This document shows positions 45,417-54,632 of a stretch of 64,000 nucleotides of DNA, in pieces; the first letter of the stretch is position 1; every line of letters begins with the position of its first letter. The stretch spans positions 30,851 to 94,850 of the forward strand of contig NZBQ01000016.1 in the NCBI GenBank assembly GCA_002688105.1, in the 5' to 3' direction. The position numbers and the translations under genes are program-made. This DNA comes from Dehalococcoidales bacterium. GTDB lineage: Bacteria > Chloroflexota > Dehalococcoidia > Dehalococcoidales > GCA-2688105. The notes under the pieces are model-generated. The model did no database searches. It had not been told where the DNA came from and worked only from the letters and a program-made list of their open reading frames with translations.

Positions 45417-46361
45417 ATGACCACTACCTTAAGTCATTACTTAGATGATGTTAGAGATAACCTGAGACTTGACCTCTCAACGGAGAGGGAAGTCATAAGT
45501 GAGCTTGAGATGCACATTGAGGATAGACTACAGGAGATGAGGCAAGCCGGGCTATCAGAGGAAGAAGCCGCTAATAGGTGCCTGAAACTCCTGGGCTCAG
45601 CCAAGTCGGTGGCTCATCAGATATATGAAGCTCACAGTCAGGGTAGCTGGAGACAAGCACTATTAGCCTCAATGCCACACCTGCTTTTTGCCCTATTGTT
45701 TGCTCTGAATTGGTGGCAGGGTATTAGCTGGCTATCAATCATGCTGGTCCTAGTCCTCAGTATGGCAGTCTACGGCTGGTGGCATGGTAAACCAACCTGG
45801 CTCTTTCCGTGGCTGGGTTATTCCTTGCTGCCGGTAGCGGCGGCTGGCATTCTTCTACTCTATCTACCTAAAGGATGGTCGTGGTTAGCGATAGTCCTCT
45901 ATATCCCGCTGGCTTTACGGTTAGTATATTCCATTATAGTTCATACCATAAAGAGAGACTGGTTATATAGCTCTCTAATGCTGCTCCCGATACCTATCAT
46001 CATCGGCTGGTTTTTAGCTGCGGATTTGGGAGGGAGATTTCCTGAGTTTAGCCTGCAACGCCTGCAATATTTTGCTCCCTGGATTGGGCTAAGCTTTTTA
46101 GCTTTAGCGACAGCGGTGACTACCTTCATCCGTTTGAGACAGCGTCGCTTAAAGATAGCCATATTAGTGGCATCAGGACTGCTAACCCTGACCATGGTGG
46201 CCTACTATACAGATGGCAGACTTGGGCTGACTGCCCTTTCAGTACTAATCCTAATGATGCTGGGGCTTTTCTTAAGCCCGGCGCTGGTAGAAAGAAAGCT
46301 AAGAAAAAGAAGGGTGATAACGAGAGAGGTCAGTGACGCAAAAGGTAGCCGTTATTACTGA
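45417..46361 (+). CDS. PadR-associated integral membrane protein
   Basis: An N-terminal soluble helix (HYLDDVRDNL..EREVISELEMHIEDRL) typical of genes downstream of padR, followed by about 6 TM helices. Confidence 0.55.
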   Translation: MTTTLSHYLDDVRDNLRLDLSTEREVISELEMHIEDRLQEMRQAGLSEEEAANRCLKLLGSAKSVAHQIYEAHSQGSWRQALLASMPHLLFALLFALNWWQGISWLSIMLVLVLSMAVYGWWHGKPTWLFPWLGYSLLPVAAAGILLLYLPKGWSWLAIVLYIPLALRLVYSIIVHTIKRDWLYSSLMLLPIPIIIGWFLAADLGGRFPEFSLQRLQYFAPWIGLSFLALATAVTTFIRLRQRRLKIAILVASGLLTLTMVAYYTDGRLGLTALSVLILMMLGLFLSPALVERKLRKRRVITREVSDAKGSRYY

Positions 46362-46952
46362 TAGCATATCCTGCCTGACACCAGACATGGTGAAGCAATG
46401 CCAGATGCAGATATTACCCATTAATCTCTATTTCGGAGACAAGGTCTATAGAGATGGGATAGACATAACCCCAACTGAAGCCTATGAGCTATTCCAAAAG
46501 AACCCAAAATATTTCGCTACCTCGGCACCTTCACCTATGGAATGCCTGGAAGCCTACCGCAGAGCAAGCAAGCCCAAAATATCCTCTGCATCACCGTCTC
46601 CTCCAAACTGAGCATGGTGTATGAAAGCAGCCTGCTAGCCAAGGAGGAAGCTAAAACTGAGCTTCCGGGGATAACTATTGAGGTGTTGAACTCCCACACC
46701 GCTACCGCCGCCGAGGGGAAGAGTCTGGCTAAGGTGAGTAAAGCTGCCGGGGAAATAAGAGACAAAGGGGGGCAAAGCTCGGTACACGTTGCCGTGATGC
46801 ACGCCTATGTCCAGGAGGAAGCCGAAAGGCTAAAGAAGCGGGTCTCATCAGAATTCAATTGCGCCGAACTATGGATTTCTGAGTTTAGCCCGGTAATGGG
46901 CTATGCCTGCGACACCGGAACCCTAGGGCTGGCTTTTTACGGCGATGAGTAG
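46333..46952 (+). pseudogene. DegV-family gene, frameshifted and internally deleted
   Basis: Two overlapping ORFs (46333-46611 and 46542-46952) together align to the intact paralog downstream. The frame changes near 46563-46580, and about 80 codons from the middle are absent. Confidence 0.75.
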
Positions 46953-46969
46953 AGAAGGGCTGGATTTCC

Positions 46970-47833
46970 ATGGTTAAGAAAGTAGCCATTGTGACAGATA
47001 CCACTGCCTGCATTCCCCAAGAGCAGGCGGAGAAGTATAGTATTGAAGTGGTGCCGGTAAATTTTATTTTTGGAGATAAGGTCTATCGGGATGGGATAGA
47101 CATGAGCCCCACCGAGTTTTACACACGCCTCAGGAAGGTGAAGAAGCTTCCTACTACTTCAGGCTCTTTACCCGACCCCTTCCTTGAAGCTTACCATAAA
47201 GCCAGCCAGAGAGCGGCTAGTATTCTCTGTATCACCCCACCGGCCAAACTCAGCGGAATGTCCAATTCAGCCCGGCTGGCGAAGGAGACGGCAAAAGAGG
47301 CTCTCCCCGATGTAGCTATAGAGGTGCTTGATTGTGGGACGGCCGCCGCCGCCCAGGGACTTGTGGTTCTGGCAGCAGCCAGAGCGGCGGCTCAGGGGAA
47401 AAATTTAACCGGGGTAATTGAAACGGCCAAGGGTGTGATGCAACGGGTAAATCTATTTGCCACACTGGATACCCTTTACTATCTGGTCAAAGGGGGCCGT
47501 GTACATAAAGCCGCTGCCCTAACCAGCTCGCTGCTCAGGATTAAGCCTATTTTCACCATTACTGGCGGTGACGCTCAACCTGTCACCAATGCCAGAACTA
47601 TGCGGGGTGCCATACATCGCATATTAAAGATAATGAAAGAGAAAGTAGTTAAGGGGCAGCCGCTTCATGTGGCGGTGATGCACGCTGACGCTCTGGATAA
47701 AGCCGCCGACCTCAGCAACCGTATTCCCTCCCAGTTCGACTGTGAAGAAATATTTATCACTGAATTTACCCCGGTGATGGGGGTTCACACCGGGCCGGGA
47801 CTAATCGGGGTCGCTTTTTATAGCGGGGATTAA
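46970..47833 (+). CDS. DegV-family fatty-acid-binding protein
   Basis: 287 aa, VAIVTDTTACIP...YRDGIDM, full-length DegV pattern. Confidence 0.9.
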   Translation: MVKKVAIVTDTTACIPQEQAEKYSIEVVPVNFIFGDKVYRDGIDMSPTEFYTRLRKVKKLPTTSGSLPDPFLEAYHKASQRAASILCITPPAKLSGMSNSARLAKETAKEALPDVAIEVLDCGTAAAAQGLVVLAAARAAAQGKNLTGVIETAKGVMQRVNLFATLDTLYYLVKGGRVHKAAALTSSLLRIKPIFTITGGDAQPVTNARTMRGAIHRILKIMKEKVVKGQPLHVAVMHADALDKAADLSNRIPSQFDCEEIFITEFTPVMGVHTGPGLIGVAFYSGD

Positions 47834-47876
47834 GAAATACCTAGCAAAATGAAGGGAAACATCTTATAATCAGGGT

Positions 47877-48464
47877 ATGGAACATACCCAGCTTGCTTCC
47901 GAGGTACAGCGGCTGACTGAGAGCCTGGAGCAGCTTCCTGAGCCAGTGGTCAAGCCGGCGTTTATCGTAGTCAGCGGCCTGCCCGGCACCGGGAAATCCT
48001 ACTTCTGCAGCCAATTAGCCCAGCGACTGCCATTGGTAATTCTGGAAAGTGACGCCCTGCGCAAGGTCCTTTTCCCATCGCCAAACTATAGCCCGCCGGA
48101 AAGCGCGCACCTTTTCCAAACTATTCACCGGCTCATTGAACGGTTACTCAAAAGAGGAATCCCCCTTATTTTAGATGCTACCAACCTGTCAGAGCGGGAG
48201 CGTGAACATCTTTATCGTATCGCTGACCGTCTAGATGCCAAGTTAATTCTGGTGCGAGTTGAAGCACCACCTGAGGTAGTACAAGAGCGGCTTAAAGCCA
48301 GGCAAGAAGAAGTAAATCTGGTGAATAAATCGGACGCCGACTGGGCAGTATACCAGAAGATGAAATCATCGGTTCAGAAAATACGGCACAACCATTACGC
48401 GGTGGATACTTCCCGAGATATCACCCCCGTCCTGGACAAAATTGTGAGAGAGGTGAGACGTTAA
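47877..48464 (+). CDS. P-loop kinase-like ATPase (AAA_33 / zeta-toxin-like fold)
   Basis: Walker A GLPGTGKS, 195 aa. Substrate unknown. Confidence 0.6.
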   Translation: MEHTQLASEVQRLTESLEQLPEPVVKPAFIVVSGLPGTGKSYFCSQLAQRLPLVILESDALRKVLFPSPNYSPPESAHLFQTIHRLIERLLKRGIPLILDATNLSEREREHLYRIADRLDAKLILVRVEAPPEVVQERLKARQEEVNLVNKSDADWAVYQKMKSSVQKIRHNHYAVDTSRDITPVLDKIVREVRR

Positions 48465-48488
48465 AGAACGATTATCATTCTCTATCAT

Positions 48489-48564
48489 CCTCACCCCCTT
48501 AATCCCCCTCTCCTTCAAAGGAGAGGGGGAGGTGAGAGGTTTTGAAGGGGCGAAGCCCCTTCAA
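48489..48564. repeat. Composite hairpin (REP-like) element, copy C
   Basis: CCTCACCCCC..CCCCCTCTCC-TTCAAA-GGAGAGGGGG..AGGTGAGAGG, then TTGAAGGGGC-GAA-GCCCCTTCAA. Confidence 0.75.
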
Positions 48565-48619
48565 TCTACCCTAATAAACGACCTCCCATCTGGTAGATGG
48601 AGGCGAAAGGAGACATAGG

Positions 48620-50134
48620 ATGGAGATTAAGACCGTAGTCAGTGATATTGATAAAATTAAAGCTGGTGCTATCATCGTCAACTTCTTTGAGGAGATGAAA
48701 CACCTTGATGGCGATATAGCTACTGTAGACAAGGCTCTGGATGGGGCTATTTCTCAACTTATCAGCCAGGGTGAGATTAAGGGTAAACTCAACGAGATTA
48801 CTATTATTCACAGCCAGGGTAAGCTCCCAGCTGACCGGGTGGCAGTGGCTGGCCTGGGTAAACAGCCAGAGCTAACTCAGGATAAAGTTCGTGGAGCCGT
48901 AGCTGAGACCTGCCGACAGCTACGACAGAAAGGCGTAGACAGTGTCGCTACCGCTGCTCAGGGGGCAGGGATAGCCGGTATAAGTCTGGAGACGGCGGTT
49001 CAAGCCGTAACTGAGGGTGTCCTGCTTGGCACCTACACCTTTCGCCGACATATAACCAAGGTAGCCGAGCATGGTGAGATGAAGCAGTTCTTGATAGTAA
49101 CCAGCCACAAGACAGAGCTATCCAGCCTGGAGAAAGGATGCTACAAAGGCAGGATATTAGCTGAGGCAACCAACCTGGCTCGTGATATGGTCAATGAACC
49201 CGCCAACTATATGACACCCGGTCATATGGCGGATACGGCAACAAAACTGGCTGAAACCCACGGACTTGAAATTAGTGTTCTGGAGCGGGAACAGATGCAG
49301 GAGTTAGGCATGGGAGCACTGTTAGGAGTGACTCAGGGAAGCCGGCAACCGCCTAAATTTATCATTCTCCGTTACCAAGGCAGTCATTCTGCCGAAATTG
49401 ATATGGCCTTGGTAGGCAAGGGGATAACCTTCGATGCCGGGGGTATTTCCATAAAGCCTTCAGAGAAAATGGAGGAAATGAAAGGAGATATGGCAGGAGG
49501 GGCGGCAGTTATAGCGGCTATGGGCGCCCTTGCTCAACTCAAGCCGAAAATTAATGCCATGGCGGCTATTCCCTGTGCCGAAAATCTGCCCGATAGCAAG
49601 GCTATAAAGCCGGGTGACATCCTGGCCGCCATCAATGGTAAGACCATCGAGATTATCTCCACCGATGCTGAGGGACGCCTCATCTTAGCCGATGCTTTAG
49701 GCTATGCCAATAAGCTTGGCGCCAAACTTATGGTTGATGTGGCTACCCTCACCGGAGCCTGTAGGGCAGCTTTAGGTACAGTCTGTAGCGGTGTATTTGG
49801 GAATAATCAGGGACTGGTGGATAAGACAATTGCGGCTGGGGCTGAAGCCGGGGAGCTTATCTGGCAGATGCCGATGTTTGAACAATATAAGGAGCAAAAT
49901 AAGAGTGATGTAGCCGATATTAAGAATGTCGGCGGTCGATACGGAGGGGCGATTACGGCGGCTCAGTTCCTAGCCGAATTCGTTGGTGATACCCCCTGGG
50001 TTCATCTGGACATTGCCGGCACCAGCCTGAGCGACAAGGAGCAAAACTATCTGGTTAAAGGAGCTACCGGGGTGCCGGTTCGCACCCTGGTAAACCTTGC
50101 CCTGTCTCTTGCCCAAGAGGAAAAAGGGAGGTGA
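48620..50134 (+). CDS. pepA: Leucyl aminopeptidase (M17)
   Basis: GKGITFDAGG, MKGDMAGGAA and STDAEGRL motifs. Confidence 0.9.
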   Translation: MEIKTVVSDIDKIKAGAIIVNFFEEMKHLDGDIATVDKALDGAISQLISQGEIKGKLNEITIIHSQGKLPADRVAVAGLGKQPELTQDKVRGAVAETCRQLRQKGVDSVATAAQGAGIAGISLETAVQAVTEGVLLGTYTFRRHITKVAEHGEMKQFLIVTSHKTELSSLEKGCYKGRILAEATNLARDMVNEPANYMTPGHMADTATKLAETHGLEISVLEREQMQELGMGALLGVTQGSRQPPKFIILRYQGSHSAEIDMALVGKGITFDAGGISIKPSEKMEEMKGDMAGGAAVIAAMGALAQLKPKINAMAAIPCAENLPDSKAIKPGDILAAINGKTIEIISTDAEGRLILADALGYANKLGAKLMVDVATLTGACRAALGTVCSGVFGNNQGLVDKTIAAGAEAGELIWQMPMFEQYKEQNKSDVADIKNVGGRYGGAITAAQFLAEFVGDTPWVHLDIAGTSLSDKEQNYLVKGATGVPVRTLVNLALSLAQEEKGR

Positions 50135-50137
50135 GAC

Positions 50138-50683
50138 ATGAAGATTTTAGTTCCACTGGCAGAGGGATTTGAAGAGATCGAATTCTCTACCATCGTTGAT
50201 ATTCTGAGGCGAGCCGGGATGGAGGTTACCGTCGCCGGATTAACAGAAGGTGCCATTAGTGGAGCCCATAGTGTCAGGGTAACGCCTGATACCCTGATAG
50301 ATGAGATGAGTGCCGATGATTTTGATGTCATTGTCCTTCCCGGTGGCAACCCGGGCTATACCAACCTGGGGAATAGTGAAAAGGTGTTAAAACTGGTAAG
50401 AGACATGCATAATAGGAATAAGTATGTCACCGCCATATGTGCCGCTCCATCGGTGCTGGCTAAGGCAGGCGTAATTCAGGGTAAAAGGGCTACTATATTT
50501 CCCGGGATGGAAGATACCCTGACCGGAGCGCAACACAGTAAGGATAGAGTTGTTATTGACGGCAGGATTATCACCAGCCAGGGACCGGGGACAGCGATGG
50601 AGTTCGCCATTAAACTGGCCGAGGTCTTGGCGGGCAAGAATAGGGCTGAGGAAGTAGCCCAGGGAGTCCTGACCAAACTCTAG
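50138..50683 (+). CDS. DJ-1/PfpI-family protein
   Basis: 181 aa with the nucleophile elbow AICAAP. Confidence 0.85.
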   Translation: MKILVPLAEGFEEIEFSTIVDILRRAGMEVTVAGLTEGAISGAHSVRVTPDTLIDEMSADDFDVIVLPGGNPGYTNLGNSEKVLKLVRDMHNRNKYVTAICAAPSVLAKAGVIQGKRATIFPGMEDTLTGAQHSKDRVVIDGRIITSQGPGTAMEFAIKLAEVLAGKNRAEEVAQGVLTKL

Positions 50684-50809
50684 CTCTAAAATCAGCACTG
50701 TGGCAGCAAACAATCACTACCCTTTACTTTATGAGACAAAAGGTGATATAATAGGTACAATTTTTATACGGTAATACCGAATTAACCGAAAGACATCAGA
50801 GAGGTTAAT

Positions 50810-52381
50810 GTGAAAATACTTTTAGTTAACCCGCAGTTTCCGGACACCTTCTGGAGTTTCCGACACGCCCTAAAATTCATCTCTAAAAAGGCGAGCTTCC
50901 CTCCCCTGGGTCTATTGACTGTAGCCGCCATGCTTCCCGAGGAGTGGGAGAAAAAACTGGTAGATATGAATGCCACCACCCTGACCGATACAGACATTAA
51001 ATGGGCTGATTATGTGTTAATCGGGGCTATGGTGGTACAGCAAAAATCAGCCCTTGAGGTTATTGACCGCTGCAGTAAACTCGATGCCAAGATTGTGGCT
51101 GGCGGTCCCTATTTTACCGTCGCCCACTCAGTAAACACCGAGTTTGAAAATGTAGACCATCTGGTACTTGATGAGGCTGAAACCACACTCCCGCCCTTCT
51201 TGGAAGACTTAGAGAAGGGGTGCGCCAAACCTATCTATACGTCTACGGAACGACCAGATATAGCCAAAACCCCTATCCCGCTATGGTCACTTATCGACCG
51301 GACAAAATACTCGTCACTAAATATTCAGTATTCCCGAGGCTGCCCCTTCAACTGTGAATTCTGTGATATTATTATCCTGAATGGGCATATGCCGCGAACC
51401 AAGACTAAAGAACAGATGCTAGCCGAACTGGAGGCGATATACGAGCAGGGTTGGCGGGGTGGCATGTTCATTGTTGATGATAATTTTATTGGCAATAAGA
51501 GGAAGTTAAAGGCAGAAATCTTACCAGCTATAATTCAATGGATGAAGGAGAGAAAATACCCGTTTATATTTCTTACCGAAGTATCCTTAAACCTTGCCGA
51601 TGATGAAGAGTTAATGCATTTGATGATCGAGGCGGGGTTTGACACGGTATTTATTGGCATTGAAAGTCCCCATGAAGAAAGCCTGACGGAGTGTAACAAG
51701 ATTCCAAATAAGACCCGTGATTTAGCAGCTTCGGTTAAGAAAATCCAAAACCACGGCTTTCATGTGCTGGGAGGATTCATTGTCGGTTTTGATAGTGACC
51801 CGCTTTCCATCTTTAAAAGCCAAATCAATTTCATTCAAAAGAGCGGAATCGTCACGGCAATGGTCGGATTACTAATCGCCCCCCCTAAAACTAGGCTCTA
51901 CAAGCGTCTGGAAAAGGAGAACCGCATATTGCCGGGTGGCTCCGGCGACAATACCGACTTTTCCATAAACTTCATTCCTAAAATGAACTACGAAGTCCTC
52001 GTTAATGGCTATAAGCACATACTGGATACCATCTATTCACCCAAGCAGTATTGCGAACGAATTGGGACTTTTCTAAAGGAATATAAACCTCACCGGAAAA
52101 GACGAGCCACACTCCAGTTTTGCTATGTTCTGGCATTTTTTAAATCTTTATGGATTTTGGGCGTCAAGGAAAAGGGAAGATGGTATTACTGGAAACTACT
52201 AACTTTGACCTTGTTGAAGCATCCTAAGGCTTTTCCTTTATCAGTAACGTTTGCCATCCAGGCATTCCATTTCCGCAAGGTATTTGAGAAATTCAGTAAT
52301 ATATCAGTCAAGGACATGCCGGGGATAACCAAGAAAATTAACGAGACGGAAGAACTAACCGCTGGAAGTGATGCTGGCTAA
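50810..52381 (+). CDS. B12-binding-domain radical SAM protein
   Basis: An N-terminal B12-like domain, then SRGCPFNCEFCD (CxxxCxxC). GTG start. Confidence 0.8.
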   Translation: MKILLVNPQFPDTFWSFRHALKFISKKASFPPLGLLTVAAMLPEEWEKKLVDMNATTLTDTDIKWADYVLIGAMVVQQKSALEVIDRCSKLDAKIVAGGPYFTVAHSVNTEFENVDHLVLDEAETTLPPFLEDLEKGCAKPIYTSTERPDIAKTPIPLWSLIDRTKYSSLNIQYSRGCPFNCEFCDIIILNGHMPRTKTKEQMLAELEAIYEQGWRGGMFIVDDNFIGNKRKLKAEILPAIIQWMKERKYPFIFLTEVSLNLADDEELMHLMIEAGFDTVFIGIESPHEESLTECNKIPNKTRDLAASVKKIQNHGFHVLGGFIVGFDSDPLSIFKSQINFIQKSGIVTAMVGLLIAPPKTRLYKRLEKENRILPGGSGDNTDFSINFIPKMNYEVLVNGYKHILDTIYSPKQYCERIGTFLKEYKPHRKRRATLQFCYVLAFFKSLWILGVKEKGRWYYWKLLTLTLLKHPKAFPLSVTFAIQAFHFRKVFEKFSNISVKDMPGITKKINETEELTAGSDAG

Positions 52382-52572
52382 GAAACATCAGGGTTTTCCG
52401 ATATTCTCTTCGTCTATATTAACCGGTCCTGTCACAATCGGCTCTATCACTACTTCTCCAGTTCGGTATTCTGTAAAGGGCACAAAACAACATCTTGCCC
52501 GCTATCAAGATAATGCGGGAGTTATGGCCGAGGGCTAAATAGTCAAATAGCCAGCTTAACCGGGCTATTACT

Positions 52573-52794
52573 TCATTCCAGCAGTTGCCTCAATTTTATG
52601 GCGCATGCCGACAAAATAAAGCAAACAACACCTGCGGCGAAAATACCGGCTATTACTACCATCTCCATTGGCGGCAGGCCAATCCAGACGATGGTGCCGA
52701 TATAGCCAAGAACCGCGAACACCACCCCTATCCAGCCTAAGATGAAAAGAATACAGACAGTAATTGATGATAAGGCTTTAAATACCTCTGGCAT
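52573..52794 (-). CDS. Hypothetical small membrane protein (2 TM)
   Basis: 73 aa with two hydrophobic spans and a GGAGG-like RBS. I do not recognise a family. Confidence 0.4.
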   Translation of the reverse strand: MPEVFKALSSITVCILFILGWIGVVFAVLGYIGTIVWIGLPPMEMVVIAGIFAAGVVCFILSACAIKLRQLLE

Positions 52795-52877
52795 TTCACT
52801 AACCTCCTTTCCAGCTTTACTTCACAATGTCTATTTTAGCACTACTTGTCAATACCCTTTAGCTGGTTAAAATTAGC

Positions 52878-53351
52878 TCAGAATTTATCCTTTAGTTTTC
52901 CGTAGGTTTCAGCCAGGGCTTCAGGAATTACCCTTACTTCAGCCAGCACCGGCATAAAGTTGGTGTCACCCTGCCAGCGGGGTACCACGTGGCTATGAAC
53001 ATGTTCATCTATGCCGGCTCCGGCTACCTTCCCCATGTTTATGCCGATATTAAAACCGCCGGGGTTAAAAGCCTGTTTCAGAACATTGACACTCTGCCTA
53101 ACTATAGCAAAGTGTTCGTGGAGCTCTTCATCAGTCAGGTCCCCCAGACTAGCTACGTGCCGGTAGGGAGCTATCATCAAATGCCCCGGGTTATAGGGAT
53201 AGGCATTCAGAATGACGAAGTTCTTGTCTCCCCGATACACGATGTAATTCGTAGCATCGCTGTTTTGTCCGGGTTTCTCACATAAGATGCACCCCTCCGA
53301 CTTTTCACTCCGGATGTACTCCATACGCCACGGCGCCCAAATTTGCTCCAT
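52878..53351 (-). CDS. HIT-family nucleotide hydrolase/transferase
   Basis: Histidine triad HVHSHVVPR and N-terminal WAPWRMEYI. Confidence 0.85.
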   Translation of the reverse strand: MEQIWAPWRMEYIRSEKSEGCILCEKPGQNSDATNYIVYRGDKNFVILNAYPYNPGHLMIAPYRHVASLGDLTDEELHEHFAIVRQSVNVLKQAFNPGGFNIGINMGKVAGAGIDEHVHSHVVPRWQGDTNFMPVLAEVRVIPEALAETYGKLKDKF

Positions 53352-53437
53352 ACCATTCTCCTTGCCAGTCGTTCAGTGCTATTTTAGTCGGCTATTCACT
53401 AGTCGTCAAAGGGCTGTCAGGTATAATTGTAAAAAAT

Positions 53438-54247
53438 ATGGCTATGCTCTATAGTAACATAGTTATGCATACTCAAAGTCAGTCAGATGATACCATAACC
53501 TTTCTGGGGACGGGCGGCGCCAGATTTATGATTACCACCCAGATTTTAGCCTCGGGGGGCTTATGGCTGAACCTGAGTGGCACGGAGATACTTATTGACC
53601 CCGGGCCAGGCTGTATAGTCCAAGCCACCAAAAGGAAGCTAAGAGCCGATAAGCTCAGTGCTATTATTCTGTCGCACCGTCACCTTGACCATGCGGCAGA
53701 TGTCAACATTATGGTTGAGGCGATGACCCGGGGTGGATTCAAGCAGCACGGCTGGCTTTTGGCTCCGGCTGATGCCCTGAACACCGAACCGGTTATCTTC
53801 TCATACCTGAGAAGCTACCTGGAAGGCGTTGAGATACTGGAGGAAGGTAAGTCCTACTCCATAGGCAATGTCACCTTTACCACCCCAATTCGGCACATAC
53901 ACCCGGTAGAAACCTACGGCATGCGGTTTACCACCGCCGAGCATACCTTCTCCTATATTGCCGACACCCGCTATTTTGAGGGCCTGCGCCACAGCTATGA
54001 CAGTGAACTGCTGATTATCAATGTAGTCTTTGTAGAGCCTCGCCCTCCGGTTGACCACCTATCATTGCCTGATGCCGAGAGCATTATTACTGAAATAAAG
54101 CCCAAGGTCGCCATCCTGACCCATTTTGGTATGACTATATGGCAGGCAAAACCAGGGGAGATAGCCCGGAGGCTGTCCCAGGAAACCGGGGTCAGGGTGC
54201 TCGCCGCCCGGGATGGCATGAGGTTTGAGATGTCACAACTGGACTAG
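53438..54247 (+). CDS. MBL-fold metallo-hydrolase
   Basis: LSHRHLDH (HxHxDH). The last 4 codons and the stop lie inside the solo IS-type repeat. Confidence 0.75.
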   Translation: MAMLYSNIVMHTQSQSDDTITFLGTGGARFMITTQILASGGLWLNLSGTEILIDPGPGCIVQATKRKLRADKLSAIILSHRHLDHAADVNIMVEAMTRGGFKQHGWLLAPADALNTEPVIFSYLRSYLEGVEILEEGKSYSIGNVTFTTPIRHIHPVETYGMRFTTAEHTFSYIADTRYFEGLRHSYDSELLIINVVFVEPRPPVDHLSLPDAESIITEIKPKVAILTHFGMTIWQAKPGEIARRLSQETGVRVLAARDGMRFEMSQLD

Positions 54248-54265
54248 TTTTTGGGGGGCAGGTCA
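54237..54265 (-). repeat. IS-type terminal repeat, copy 4 (29-nt solo remnant)
   Basis: The reverse complement TGACCTGCCCCCCAAAAACTAGTCCAGTT matches the first 29 nt of the 43518 copy at 27 positions. Confidence 0.5.
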
Positions 54266-54508
54266 GGGCAGATAGGTACATATGTCGAGAGCAATGCCCA
54301 ATATGCCCCTTGGCACATTCACGATTTTTTGGATAGTGCTGCCCCTTGGTTAATTGCTCACGCTAAAATATTAGGAGGGAGAGTAGTTACTTTTGAAACA
54401 TCAGCACCCAACTCTAAAAAAGTGAAAATTCCAGATATAGCTGAAAAATTTGGTGTCAATTGTATATCTCTGTGGGGCATGCTAAACGAATTGAAGGCTC
54501 ATTTCTAA
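54251..54508 (+). pseudogene. DUF4411 (PIN-like) protein, C-terminal half only
   Basis: DSAAPWLIAHAKILGGRVVTFE...KVKIPDIAEKFGVNCISLWGMLNELKAHF matches the DUF4411 C-terminus. The apparent TTG start is inside the IS-type repeat. Confidence 0.55.
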
Positions 54509-54632
54509 AACACTTATCATCAATAGGAAGTCATCGTCAATTTAACTTACCAACCACCGAGCAAAACTCCCCAAACTAAATGTTGGTTTATTCCTCCAGC
54601 TTAAGCTATAATGGGCACTCTGGGGGAATGAA

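Noticed and set aside
36990-48564. CRISPR array formed by the GC-rich hairpin repeats
   Set aside because: There are only three copies, kilobases apart. They sit in different orientations, have no regular spacers, and each lies in a separate intergenic region.
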